Source: a virus (Duplodnaviria > Caudoviricetes). From it: a stretch of 64,000 nucleotides of DNA. The position numbers and the translations under genes are program-made. Each line of letters begins with the position of its first letter. The first letter of the stretch is position 1. The stretch is from the IMG/VR virus record IMGVR_UViG_3300009868_000002, positions 1 through 64,000 of that record, one strand, 5' to 3'. The notes beneath the pieces were generated by a model that did not search any database, was not told the DNA's origin, and saw only the letters and a list, made by a program, of their open reading frames with translations. This document shows, one piece after another, positions 1-9,278 of this stretch.

Positions 1-214
1 GGGGGGTATTTTCCATGCTGCTACAACAGGGGGAGGGGCAGTTTCAAAAGAGGTGATTAGGGGAGTGGAAGTATACTCTTTTGCATTAAAAGAGCTGTAG
101 TAAGATAAGAGATAAGCATAACAATATGTACGCATAGAAATATTTAGTACCTGTCGTTATAAGTAATTGAGTGATAATACTAGTACATTCTGTTAATGAA
201 TATATATGATTAGA

Positions 215-280
215 AATTTGTCATTGAGAGTGACAACTTTTGTCACTCCTGGTGCCAACTTTTGTCATTGTGGGTGCCAA
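215..280. repeat. Three tandem 22-bp iteron-like repeats (putative RepL-binding sites / replication origin)
   Basis: aatttgtcattgagagtgacaa (215-236), cttttgtcactcctggtgccaa (237-258), cttttgtcattgtgggtgccaa (259-280); AT-rich tract upstream and RepL-like gene downstream. Confidence 0.75.
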
Positions 281-363
281 ACTGGTTTTGGATGAGGGAA
301 TGAAACAAAAATTAAGGAGAATGTCAAGCATCGGAAGAAAATAATTTATTATTTCTTTAGAGA

Positions 364-394
364 TTGGCAATATTGTAGAAATAGGTTATCTTTG
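364..394 (+). promoter_or_regulatory. Bacteroidota primary-sigma promoter (-33 TTG, -7 TAnnTTTG)
   Basis: TATCTTTG at 387-394 with TTG at 364-366, upstream of the ATG at 417. Confidence 0.6.
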
Positions 395-416
395 TCTGAG
401 ATAATGACAAAACGAT

Positions 417-866
417 ATGGCGAGGCGCCGGTTATATTACGAGAAGACAGAGACTATCACGCGGAAAATCAAGGGGTTCGTGGAAGTAGACATGGAGTAT
501 GCGCAGTACTACAGGGGGTTGGTAAGAGCTAACTCTATGCTCAGTATGCAGTGCAGTTTCAAGTTGTTACCTTTCCTGTTTTTTGAGTTAAACGATTCTA
601 ATGTATTTGCTTTTGATACAGCACTTGTTGATAAATTTAACTCGGTATGCTCTCCTGATAAGCCTTACAAGTTCCGCACTGTACGTGCTGCTATCAAGGA
701 GATGCTGGATGCTGACATTATTCGAAAGATAGGAAACAGCAGGTACTACATTAAGCCTGAGTATTGTTGGATAGGGTCTGGCACAGACAGGCGGGAGATG
801 ATTGTAGCGCAGCAATTAAGCGTTGATGGTTTACTAAATTCCCCCGAAGATGCCCAAGAAGAATGA
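417..866 (+). CDS. repL: RepL-like replication initiator / winged-helix DNA-binding protein
   Basis: Helix RTVRAAIKEMLDADII followed by RYYIKPEYCWIG, resembling the RepL Y-x-(I/V)-N-P-x-x-x-(W/F)-x-G motif; adjacent iterons; RepL genes occur in crAss-like phages. Confidence 0.6.
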   Translation: MARRRLYYEKTETITRKIKGFVEVDMEYAQYYRGLVRANSMLSMQCSFKLLPFLFFELNDSNVFAFDTALVDKFNSVCSPDKPYKFRTVRAAIKEMLDADIIRKIGNSRYYIKPEYCWIGSGTDRREMIVAQQLSVDGLLNSPEDAQEE

Positions 867-1233
867 CAGCCCAAAGATGTTATTACCAGGGACAAAGCTT
901 GGTTTTGGTAAGTATATTGGTTGTGCAGTATCGGAAGTAGCCAGACGCGATGCAGGATATTTAAAGTGGCTGGAAGAGAATACGTCTTACAGAATGTCAT
1001 CTGAGGTGCGGAAGCTTATCAAAAATCCTGATAGAAAAGGAGGGCTTCGTCCTTATGACAAGACGACGGTAATAATGCCAGGGACTATTCTGGGATTTGG
1101 TAAGTATGCGGGGTCTTCTATAGACTCTCTTATTTACAGTGCTCCTGATTATGTGCGGTGGATGTACGATGTAGCGAAGTACAAATTTAGCCAGACACTA
1201 TTAAGGATAATGAAAATGGAGGGTTTAATTTAG
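850..1233 (+). CDS. Protein with two FGKY repeats (DUF3820 / exonuclease X C-terminal-like)
   Basis: Internal duplication: PGTKLGFGKYIG...YLKW and PGTILGFGKYAG...YVRW. Confidence 0.6.
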   Translation: MPKKNDSPKMLLPGTKLGFGKYIGCAVSEVARRDAGYLKWLEENTSYRMSSEVRKLIKNPDRKGGLRPYDKTTVIMPGTILGFGKYAGSSIDSLIYSAPDYVRWMYDVAKYKFSQTLLRIMKMEGLI

Positions 1234-1247
1234 TAATCAGTTGCGAT

Positions 1248-1268
1248 AAGTACCACTTTGTGGTACTT
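1248..1268. promoter_or_regulatory. Perfect 9-bp intergenic inverted repeat (operator or hairpin)
   Basis: aagtaccac-ttt-gtggtactt. Confidence 0.4.
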
Positions 1269-1391
1269 TGCGCAAACAAAAACTATAGGTAATGAAGCAT
1301 CGTCCCAAGCCCCGTCCAGAGTTAGAGAGCTACCTGGTAGCTGTAGTCAATCCACCTAAGCCCAAGCCTAAAGAAACTAAATCCAAGTCTA

Positions 1392-1643
1392 ATGATACTA
1401 GATGACAATTTCTCCCTTACAGCAGAAGAGAATGCCTGGGTGCTCTCCTTCAAGCGCAAGGGAATCAATCCCAAGACTGGCAAAGAGTACACAGCCAGCA
1501 ACAGCACGTACCATAGCACACTATCGCAGGCATTAAGCTGGTATGTTAGCGAAGTCGCCAAGCCGTGCAAGGACGCCAAGGCCATACTCGCCAAGCTCGA
1601 TGAAGTGGAGAAGATTATCAAATCACTTAAACTGACACAATGA
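1392..1643 (+). CDS. Hypothetical phage protein
   Basis: 83-aa ORF with ATGA overlap into the next gene. Confidence 0.65.
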   Translation: MILDDNFSLTAEENAWVLSFKRKGINPKTGKEYTASNSTYHSTLSQALSWYVSEVAKPCKDAKAILAKLDEVEKIIKSLKLTQ

Positions 1644-2077
1644 AAAAGATGTTGTTTGTATTAATGATGCTGCCACTATGGTGCAGCGCACAGAAGCCTG
1701 AGTATCCCATAGACAGTCTCCAAGTTTATAGGGACTCCTTACCGATTAATAAAGAAAGCCAGGAGCCTGTCGATAGCCTTTTCATTAGGCTGTCCGACTT
1801 GATTTACCTGTCAATCGATACTGCGGCGTTTCCGCAAGTAGCCACTTTTCAACTACACGACAGACGTGGGGCGACCATTATAATGCTGGATGATAAAGTG
1901 TATGACAACTGCACGTGTTCTTTAGAATGGGGGCAAACGGTATACTACTGGCCTAATGTGCTGAAAGCGGTTGAGCAGTATAGCAGCACTCCGATAGTCA
2001 CTCATATTGTATGTCCCGACTATTTGTTATTCTTATATCCTTGGGAAGTTAAAAGCATTCACTTTCATAAACAGTAG
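1640..2077 (+). CDS. Secreted protein with signal peptide; paralog of 2786..3118
   Basis: MKKMLFVLMMLPLWCSA|Q; shares VY..C.C......QTV and PW(E/D)V with 2786..3118. Confidence 0.7.
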   Translation: MKKMLFVLMMLPLWCSAQKPEYPIDSLQVYRDSLPINKESQEPVDSLFIRLSDLIYLSIDTAAFPQVATFQLHDRRGATIIMLDDKVYDNCTCSLEWGQTVYYWPNVLKAVEQYSSTPIVTHIVCPDYLLFLYPWEVKSIHFHKQ

Positions 2078-2080
2078 ACT

Positions 2081-2578
2081 ATGGAACCCAACCACCTCGT
2101 CAAGATTAACAATGAAGTGCGCCTGAACCTGCACTACCTGGCACGTACAGCAGAGCTCCTATGGAGGAGATGCACGATTACACCGAAATGGGCACTTGCT
2201 GCCGATGAACTTAGGGATACTTATACGAAGCTGCGGCTGGCTTATCGCTGGCTGGGGCTCTACGATGCTTTTCTGTTAAGCAAGTATGACGACACACAGC
2301 TTTCTGCTGTAGAGGATGATGCCCTACCTGGAGTTAACGACTTTTTTAAAGTCAGCGAATTCATGTTACGGGAGCTGGACGACGTTATGGGTACTATGCG
2401 CAGGGCGCCGGTAGAGGCTTACACCGCTGACGCCAAGGCTATCAATTATGTACAGAGCGCTGGTAATCTGATACAGGAGAGCATATTCCTTATCACGATG
2501 GCGCAGGCAGAAGTGGAGAAAGTGTTGCGCGACGAGGAACTTCCCGACGATGAAGGCGATATTGGAGTTCAATCTTGA
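2081..2578 (+). CDS. Hypothetical helical protein
   Basis: 165-aa ORF in a tightly packed operon. Confidence 0.6.
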   Translation: MEPNHLVKINNEVRLNLHYLARTAELLWRRCTITPKWALAADELRDTYTKLRLAYRWLGLYDAFLLSKYDDTQLSAVEDDALPGVNDFFKVSEFMLRELDDVMGTMRRAPVEAYTADAKAINYVQSAGNLIQESIFLITMAQAEVEKVLRDEELPDDEGDIGVQS

Positions 2579-2789
2579 CGACGTCGAGGACGTTACAGCA
2601 CACTACCGATGTATCAGGGCGCTTGACATGGCTATTTTCCTGTCTGACTTGCTTAACAAGTACAGGGAATTCAGCAAGTACCGGGAAGATATTAGCGAAG
2701 AGCAGTTTAAGGGAATAGAACTTTTCTGGCAGGAGTTGCTGGAGTTACTGCAAGAGCGCGATTTAAGCGTTAATAAACTTATCCAATGA
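2550..2789 (+). CDS. Hypothetical phage protein
   Basis: 79-aa ORF starting MKAILEFNL, overlapping both neighbours. Confidence 0.65.
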   Translation: MKAILEFNLDDVEDVTAHYRCIRALDMAIFLSDLLNKYREFSKYREDISEEQFKGIELFWQELLELLQERDLSVNKLIQ

Positions 2790-3118
2790 AACTGATTTTC
2801 GTCATACTGTTACTGACTTTTGTCACTGCTTCTTACAGCCAGGCGCCACATACTATCGTCGTGGAATACTGGCAGGATGGCACCGTCATAGATACTGCTT
2901 CCAACGTATATCAGCAGTGCCGTTGTCTGATGGCGTTCACGCAGACGGTACAGGTAGACTACAACGCCTACCTGGAGGCAGACAGCACGATTACGTCGAT
3001 ACATCAATGGACAACGTCGAGCCCCTGGATATTCAAGGAAGCACAGTGTCGTGGCCGCTCCGGCAAGTACAACATCATACTAAGTCCATGGGATGTATCG
3101 CTGATATTCTTACGATGA
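2786..3118 (+). CDS. Secreted protein with signal peptide; paralog of 1640..2077
   Basis: MKLIFVILLLTFVTASYS|Q; VYQQCRCLMAFTQTV and SPWDV. Confidence 0.7.
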   Translation: MKLIFVILLLTFVTASYSQAPHTIVVEYWQDGTVIDTASNVYQQCRCLMAFTQTVQVDYNAYLEADSTITSIHQWTTSSPWIFKEAQCRGRSGKYNIILSPWDVSLIFLR

Positions 3119-3145
3119 GTTTTGTTTTATATTAAAGGGTTGATG

Positions 3146-3179
3146 GGGCTGGGTGGAAACTTTCTGCCTGGCCCTTTTT
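3146..3179 (+). terminator. Rho-independent terminator
   Basis: gggctgggtggaa-act-ttctgcctggccc stem (includes G-U pairs) followed by TTTTT. Confidence 0.65.
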
Positions 3180-3197
3180 CGCTGATAGTATTTTACT

Positions 3198-3205
3198 TAC
3201 ATTTG
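3198..3205 (+). promoter_or_regulatory. Bacteroidota -7 promoter element
   Basis: TACATTTG just after the terminator and 4 nt before ATG 3210. Confidence 0.55.
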
Positions 3206-3209
3206 CAAC

Positions 3210-3575
3210 ATGAAGTTAGGTACGATAAACTTAAAGTGTCGCTCACAGGTGGAATTCTGGCATCGCTATTTGACGGTGATGCAGTCATTGCTACCTCGGG
3301 CACAGCAGCTTACCGACATGGAGAAGGAGGTGCTCTCCCTCTCTATCGCTGAAAGCAGCAAGGATGGACGCGATGTGTTCCATCCTACCATCGTCAAAAT
3401 CCTGGCACAGAAGCTGGGATGTACAGAGTACACGATACGGATGCATCGCAAGAATATCCGCAACAAGGGATGGATACACGACAATGTATTAGAGGGGCTT
3501 TCGGCGAAAGTTGCCCAAGCTAGCCCCGAAGAAGTGGAACTTACAATACGTATCAGTCATGGAGGAGCTCTATAG
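3210..3575 (+). CDS. HTH DNA-binding protein
   Basis: LTDMEKEVL...LAQKLGCTEYTIRMHRKNIRNKGWI is HTH-like. Confidence 0.6.
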   Translation: MKLGTINLKCRSQVEFWHRYLTVMQSLLPRAQQLTDMEKEVLSLSIAESSKDGRDVFHPTIVKILAQKLGCTEYTIRMHRKNIRNKGWIHDNVLEGLSAKVAQASPEEVELTIRISHGGAL

Positions 3576-4044
3576 CAATGACTGGGCCGCTGAAGAGGCT
3601 GCAAAGGAGTTAGGGCTGCCACCGGAGCAGGTGAAGCTGGTAGCTTCTCACTTATGGAAGGCGGTGCGTTACTACTTATCGCATCCTCATCTGGTAAGGG
3701 CGGGGATTTACCTGCCGCAGTTTCTACGGATTAGGCCAATGATGCGCAAGATGGAAAGCTTTGTAAAACGCGCCATGTTTGGACAGTCCGAGTTAGCTGC
3801 CGATGACCCTACGGTGCTTTATTTCAAGCAAGTATTAAAGAACAAGTACGATAAATATTCAAAGTATGACACGAAAAGCAAGAGGACACCAGCCGCTGCG
3901 GATGAAAGGAGGCAGAGAGCTGAAAAACATTTCCGTGGAGGACGTGGCTATGTCAAAACAGAAGAAGGGAGTTTCGATTTACTTTCCTGGCGAGAAATCG
4001 TCAACAGAAGCAAGCGGGAAGGACTCCCCCGGGAAATTGAATGA
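3559..4044 (+). CDS. HU/IHF-like DNA-binding protein with basic C-terminal extension
   Basis: AAKELGLPPEQVKLV...GIYLPQFLRI resembles the HU/IHF fold; ATG at 3559 chosen as start. Confidence 0.45.
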   Translation: MEELYSNDWAAEEAAKELGLPPEQVKLVASHLWKAVRYYLSHPHLVRAGIYLPQFLRIRPMMRKMESFVKRAMFGQSELAADDPTVLYFKQVLKNKYDKYSKYDTKSKRTPAAADERRQRAEKHFRGGRGYVKTEEGSFDLLSWREIVNRSKREGLPREIE

Positions 4045-4579
4045 AGGATTCTTCTTACAACAACACAACGATATGGAAAACGACAAACGAAAAGTGTACA
4101 ATGATAGCATTACTACGCTCGATGAGCGCTATACCAGCCTGACGCCCCTGACCAGCTACATTGTCAGACTGTATATCAGGGATGAAGTGCGCACCAAGTC
4201 GGGATTATTTATCCCTGATGCACGTGTCAAGTCGACGTCGCACTCTGGTATGGCAGAGTACAATGCCCGTGACCCCTTTGGATTTACCGGCAAGGCAGTA
4301 ATTGTAGGGGTACCTGCTTTCGAGCAGGAGCTAAAGGCTGGTGACGTCGTACAGATTGTAAAGCCACAGATGATTGCCGACAAGGAAGAAGTGCTGGGGT
4401 ACGTGGAAGCGTATGCACACCCTGACTACCAGCTTCCGATGATTCCCGCTGACCCCAGCGACCCTGATTTTGGCTATGCCTTGGTGCCGCGTACCTACAT
4501 CAAAGTGTTGATTAGCAAGGCAGGAGTAAAAGTACCCGATTACTTATACGTAAAAAACAGTACCGATGAAGTGGAGTGA
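3866..4579 (+). CDS. GroES-like co-chaperonin domain protein
   Basis: EVRTKSGLFIPD (mobile-loop-like), GKAVIVGV, LKAGDVV; start position uncertain. Confidence 0.55.
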   Translation: MTRKARGHQPLRMKGGRELKNISVEDVAMSKQKKGVSIYFPGEKSSTEASGKDSPGKLNEGFFLQQHNDMENDKRKVYNDSITTLDERYTSLTPLTSYIVRLYIRDEVRTKSGLFIPDARVKSTSHSGMAEYNARDPFGFTGKAVIVGVPAFEQELKAGDVVQIVKPQMIADKEEVLGYVEAYAHPDYQLPMIPADPSDPDFGYALVPRTYIKVLISKAGVKVPDYLYVKNSTDEVE

Positions 4580-5174
4580 TATTATATATATCGCCTTGAT
4601 TGCAGGGCTGGCGGTATTTGCTTTTCGCAGCTGCAAAACCAGGCAGTGCCCTGAATTGCTTTGTCCCGATGTCGACAGTCTTGTTGCACTGGTAGACAGT
4701 ATTGGCAAGCTACCTACAGATACCGTCTATATAGACAGGATAGTAAGTAAGACGGTAGTGAAGACTGTCGTAAAGGTAGACACGCTCTCTTTGGAGCCTC
4801 CGATACGCTCGTATGTTACCGTCAACGACACTTCAAGTCGTGCCTATACGGTGGATACTATCGTCGTGCAGGGGGAATTGCTGGAGCATCGTCAGTCTAT
4901 TACCTTCACCGAGGAGCAGCTGGTAGTCTATCAGCCCGTGCCGGAGCTGGTATATGTACATGACACTATAGCAATCGCCAAGCAAGTCTTTACGCCTATC
5001 CCCGAGAAGTGGAGCATCAGTGCAGGAGCACAGGGGGGATACATTTTTGATAAGCCCTATATCGCTCCAGCATTGGAAGTGGAGATTAGCAAGTGGAATT
5101 TCTCTGTCGCCAAACCTATCAATAATGCAACTAGCTTCACTGTTCAGGCAAGCTATCGCCTCTTTGCGAGATGA
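4566..5174 (+). CDS. Membrane-anchored periplasmic protein (spanin-like candidate)
   Basis: N-terminal TM IIYIALIAGLAVFAF, several DT(V/L/I) motifs, beta-rich C-terminus ending YRLFAR. Confidence 0.5.
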   Translation: MKWSDIIYIALIAGLAVFAFRSCKTRQCPELLCPDVDSLVALVDSIGKLPTDTVYIDRIVSKTVVKTVVKVDTLSLEPPIRSYVTVNDTSSRAYTVDTIVVQGELLEHRQSITFTEEQLVVYQPVPELVYVHDTIAIAKQVFTPIPEKWSISAGAQGGYIFDKPYIAPALEVEISKWNFSVAKPINNATSFTVQASYRLFAR

Positions 5175-5382
5175 GGGCCCCAAGGCGGGGTGGTATTACA
5201 TTAAGGGGCACTTCTTATGGTGGCTGCATAAAGACGCTATTACTACTTTCGAGGAGCGCCGCCATAAGTGTCCTTCCTGCTACAACAATGGAGCCTGCCT
5301 GCACTGCGGATGCCCCTTTGGGCCTCTAGCACTATCGAAAAAACCATGCCATGAGCCAGAAACTACTAACCCGACAGATTGA
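5125..5382 (+). CDS. Small Cys-rich (Zn-binding) protein
   Basis: CPSC...CLHCGC...KPC; ATG at 5125 chosen as start. Confidence 0.55.
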   Translation: MQLASLFRQAIASLRDEGPKAGWYYIKGHFLWWLHKDAITTFEERRHKCPSCYNNGACLHCGCPFGPLALSKKPCHEPETTNPTD

Positions 5383-5644
5383 TTTAGGCAGCGTTGAGCA
5401 GCGCTCGACGACGATGCGTGCCATAAAGCTGGATAAGCCTGTATTCAAAATCACGTCGTCGTGTGGCTGTACTACTACGAAAACCAAGGACGGGCAGCTG
5501 CTAATAACGTACAATGCCCCCGAGTTTCCTGCCTATCTACGTGTAAAGGGAGATACTGAAATGCTGATAAGCAAGCAGATAACGATACTGTATAAGGATA
5601 TGACGAAAGAGATTGTCCATCTGAACGCTAAAGTGCTGCTATGA
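5351..5644 (+). CDS. DUF1573-like small Ig-fold protein
   Basis: IDLGSV...TSSCGCTT...ITYN...KQITI pattern. Confidence 0.55.
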   Translation: MSQKLLTRQIDLGSVEQRSTTMRAIKLDKPVFKITSSCGCTTTKTKDGQLLITYNAPEFPAYLRVKGDTEMLISKQITILYKDMTKEIVHLNAKVLL

Positions 5645-5964
5645 AGTTTATAAGTCTGCCCGTGATTTACACGAAGCTGAATAAGCCTCCCTCCGATGCA
5701 AAGGAAGAGTCGTATCGTGCCCAGCTCAAGGAGCTGAACATCCCTGTCGATGAGGATGTCCAGCGTATTGAAGTGCCTGGAATGATGCATATCGATACTG
5801 ACTCGCTGGTAAACGTCGTCATTACACCGTGCATCGATAGCAAGGGGCATATCTTAAAGAGGAGATGCTATATGGATTATGGCAGCTTGGACGACGATGT
5901 ACGCATCTTCCTTGAAGTGCAGCTTTCCGAGCAAGAATTGATACAACTGCTTAGCGATGTATAG
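5641..5964 (+). CDS. Hypothetical protein
   Basis: 107-aa ORF overlapping both neighbours. Confidence 0.6.
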   Translation: MKFISLPVIYTKLNKPPSDAKEESYRAQLKELNIPVDEDVQRIEVPGMMHIDTDSLVNVVITPCIDSKGHILKRRCYMDYGSLDDDVRIFLEVQLSEQELIQLLSDV

Positions 5965-6577
5965 GTTGGTAAAGACAGGAACGTTCAATATTAACGAGGA
6001 CTTCTGGAAGCTCAACCCGCAGCTGATGCTTATCAATCCTTTTCGCAAGCTATACCTGCGTGATAAAGAGCTGTCCGCCAAGCAGATGTGGGCGATATGG
6101 CTCTACGCCGACCCCAGCTACGAGAATAAGGTATACAGGATGGCTGAAGCCGACAAGCTGGACGCCATACGTCACTACTGGCCCGACTTCGACCCTGACG
6201 ATGGATTGGTAAAGGAGTGTATCGAGCAGTATGACACACACTGTCTCACTCCTGCAGCAAGGGCGTTTAAGGAAGAAGAGGCTAGCTTGGTAAAGCGTGC
6301 CGAATTCATCAAGAGCAGTCCCTATACTTTCGACGATATCGCCAAGGACAGCAAGGGAGCGATAGTATATGTCGCTGGAAAGCCGTTGACGCTGAAAGGT
6401 ACCGCCAAGGACTTGGACGCCATGCGTGCCAACACGCTGAAGATTTACGAGCAATACGCCAAGGTACGCAAGCTGTTTGAAGAAGAGCAGGGAGAGGTAC
6501 GGATACGGGGAGGACGCAAGGAAAGCTTAAGGGAGAGAGGAGGACTATTGGAATTAAACGATACCGAACAAGAATAA
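5957..6577 (+). CDS. Conserved crAss-like protein upstream of terminase (terminase small subunit candidate)
   Basis: Position; helical; C-terminal EEEQGEVRIRGG motif. Confidence 0.5.
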   Translation: MYRLVKTGTFNINEDFWKLNPQLMLINPFRKLYLRDKELSAKQMWAIWLYADPSYENKVYRMAEADKLDAIRHYWPDFDPDDGLVKECIEQYDTHCLTPAARAFKEEEASLVKRAEFIKSSPYTFDDIAKDSKGAIVYVAGKPLTLKGTAKDLDAMRANTLKIYEQYAKVRKLFEEEQGEVRIRGGRKESLRERGGLLELNDTEQE

Positions 6578-6586
6578 TAAGCGATT

Positions 6587-6889
6587 ATGAAAAAGAAATA
6601 TCTTATAAATACTGTACACAATCCTACTGATGAAGACTTTGACCTGCTTTATGGAGGGGTATTTCTTGAGATGAAAACGAGTTATCACGTACATACCAGA
6701 GTGCCCGCTGGAGTAGACATCTTTGAGAATAAGGGAAACTTTGTAGGCGATTTGCCTGAAGGTACAGAGCCTGTAGCCGAGGAGGATAGGTACATCCTCA
6801 GTATATTTGCATTTGACCTACCCTATTCTGTTGTTAGAGTATGTGATAAGTCAGACTTGCGAAGAGAATGTCTTACTATACATCCATGA
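6587..6889 (+). CDS. Hypothetical protein
   Basis: 100-aa ORF with A-rich initiation region. Confidence 0.55.
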   Translation: MKKKYLINTVHNPTDEDFDLLYGGVFLEMKTSYHVHTRVPAGVDIFENKGNFVGDLPEGTEPVAEEDRYILSIFAFDLPYSVVRVCDKSDLRRECLTIHP

Positions 6890-6890
6890 G

Positions 6891-9278
6891 ATGCATCTGA
6901 TTGAAGGTAAGCCAGTATTTACAGATTATATCCGCCTGGATAACAGGGCACAGTGTCTTACCACTGTGCCTTTGTTGCATCCAGACTCTCCACAGTACGC
7001 CATCTTCTGGAGTCGTGAGACGCGTAAGTGCATCGAAGGTATATGGCCCCGGATGTTTGGGCAGTACCGCTATATGCCGGGAAATCTGTACTACTATGGC
7101 AACTATACACTACTGCAGATTACCGAGAAGAATAAGGTGACGAAGTACGAGCGCCCCAACCTCGACGACTTGGAATGGGAGTTTGCGCTGATGAGCTTGG
7201 AAGCTAAGGGATTTAGCGGCTTTGAGCTAGACGATGAATATACTAGCCTCGACTTGGTAAAGGAGTACTTGGAAGCAGGCGTTACAGAGGCACCACAGTA
7301 TCTGATTGACAGGTATCCCGAAGCGCTTACCCCCGAGGGAAAGCTGAAGAAGTACCGAGCACCGCGTGAGGCTATCAGGATGCTATATGATGCTCCGATG
7401 GGTAGGCCCTACTATCACAATCCTACCCGTAACGTAATGGTGCTGGGTTCGCGTGGTGGAGGAAAATCGTATTTCACAGTACTTGCTGAGGTGGAATACG
7501 CTATTATCTTTGATGGCGCCAAGCACTACGACAGGCAGTTTCTCGAAGACTTGCTGACGGTGGAGACGTGTGTAGGCTCTACCGTCAAAGACAAATCCGC
7601 CGAGATGCTCAGCAAGCTGACAGCTAGCATAGCATCGAAAGCTGACCCCGTCATCGGCAGGCAGTTTGGCGTCTGGGAAGAAGAGGATGATACAGGGGCA
7701 AAAGTAGTTACGCCGTGTCCCTTCTATCGAAGCTTCAAGGGCAACCTCAACTGCCCCAATAAAACCAATCCTTTCAGGTATAAGTACGATACCGAGCAGT
7801 CGGGGCACTGGACGGAGAAAGGTACGGGAAGCAGGGTGCTGCACGTCAACTACTCATCGAAAAAGGGCGATGGAGCACAGGCTGCTGCCGGGGGGCGCTA
7901 CGCTGTATCTATCGTCGAAGAGTGCGGCCTTGCCGATAACCTGAAAGATATACATGTATCTAATGCTTCTGTTGTAGCCCGTGAAGGCATACGCTTTGGC
8001 GTAGAGTGGTACATTGGTACCTCTGGAAACATCCAGTATATACAGGCCGCCAAGGAGATGTTCCTCAACCCGCAGGATTACGATATTCTGGCGATAGACA
8101 ATGAACACAGCAAGGAAGGCAAGGACGGCAAGATAGGATTCTTCCTGCCCTTCTATCTTACGCTGCGACAGTTTAAGGATAATGACGGCAATACGGACTT
8201 TACGGCGGCGTGCAAGTACGTCGATAAGCTGCGTGAGGAGAAGAAGAAGTCCAAAAACCCCAAGACGATACAAGGGGAGAGGATGAACCGTCCCTGCTTC
8301 ATTCAGGAGATGTGGGTAACAGGAGATAGCAGCTTGTTACCCTACGATGAGCTGAGCTTAAGAGAGAGGGAGCTGATGGAGTTTGAGCGCTATCGCTATA
8401 CGGGTACCGCCATTACGTTGACATGGGATAGTACTTCACCCAATGGAGTCAATTATACGGTTAACCATGAAGGGGAGCCGTATTTTGATTACCCTATCAA
8501 CTTCGAGAAGCGAAAAGACCCCCGTGGATGCATCATGATGTATGAGTCTCCACAGTATGTCAACAACACTATACCAAACGATATGTATTCCTTCATAGGC
8601 CACGACCCTTATGTGGAAGAGAGCTTTGAAGGGGGTGGCTCTGTAGGTGCTACCTACATACTAATGAATCCCAAATACATACCGATGGGATTTAGCGGTA
8701 ATACTATCGTCGCCAGCTATATCGATAAGCCTATGAATGGGCTGCGCGAATACTATGAGAATCAGGAGAAGCTGCTGGCATTCTATGGCAACCCGCAACA
8801 GGGCTTATGGTTTGAGAAAAACAGGGGACAGGATTGCAGGGCTTACTATGTTGCCAAAAATAAAGTATCTTTGTTGGCACAGACGCCACAGCATGCCCAA
8901 GGTACCCGTATATTTGAACAGAACATACAGTCGTATGGATACATGGTAGGCAACAGGGTGGTGAAGGCACAGCTGGCTATCATGATACGGGACTGGCTGC
9001 TGGAGGAGACAGAGCTGAAAGATGGCGTGAAGAAGAACGTATTCCGCATTCCCGACATCTATCTGATACGGCAGATGATGAATTACAACCTGGATGACAA
9101 CTTCGACGCCGTGGACGGGTTTAGAGGGTGTATAGTAGGTTTAAGAAACAATCAGGTTCAGGTGGAGGCAGTAGCAAACAAGAAGCACGATGACCAGGTT
9201 TTGCGACGCCTGTTAACGAATCCCAAAATATTCAGGCAGAATGTTAACCGATTTCCTAAAGTTGCAAATACCCGATAG
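6891..9278 (+). CDS. terL: Terminase large subunit
   Basis: Walker A GSRGGGKS, Walker B IVEE, coupling motif IGTS, nuclease residues GHDPY and NFDAVD; in-frame ATG at 6891. Confidence 0.95.
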   Translation: MHLIEGKPVFTDYIRLDNRAQCLTTVPLLHPDSPQYAIFWSRETRKCIEGIWPRMFGQYRYMPGNLYYYGNYTLLQITEKNKVTKYERPNLDDLEWEFALMSLEAKGFSGFELDDEYTSLDLVKEYLEAGVTEAPQYLIDRYPEALTPEGKLKKYRAPREAIRMLYDAPMGRPYYHNPTRNVMVLGSRGGGKSYFTVLAEVEYAIIFDGAKHYDRQFLEDLLTVETCVGSTVKDKSAEMLSKLTASIASKADPVIGRQFGVWEEEDDTGAKVVTPCPFYRSFKGNLNCPNKTNPFRYKYDTEQSGHWTEKGTGSRVLHVNYSSKKGDGAQAAAGGRYAVSIVEECGLADNLKDIHVSNASVVAREGIRFGVEWYIGTSGNIQYIQAAKEMFLNPQDYDILAIDNEHSKEGKDGKIGFFLPFYLTLRQFKDNDGNTDFTAACKYVDKLREEKKKSKNPKTIQGERMNRPCFIQEMWVTGDSSLLPYDELSLRERELMEFERYRYTGTAITLTWDSTSPNGVNYTVNHEGEPYFDYPINFEKRKDPRGCIMMYESPQYVNNTIPNDMYSFIGHDPYVEESFEGGGSVGATYILMNPKYIPMGFSGNTIVASYIDKPMNGLREYYENQEKLLAFYGNPQQGLWFEKNRGQDCRAYYVAKNKVSLLAQTPQHAQGTRIFEQNIQSYGYMVGNRVVKAQLAIMIRDWLLEETELKDGVKKNVFRIPDIYLIRQMMNYNLDDNFDAVDGFRGCIVGLRNNQVQVEAVANKKHDDQVLRRLLTNPKIFRQNVNRFPKVANTR

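Noticed and set aside
215-280. 22-bp repeats as a mini-CRISPR
   Set aside because: No unique spacers of CRISPR length; period and context fit iterons.
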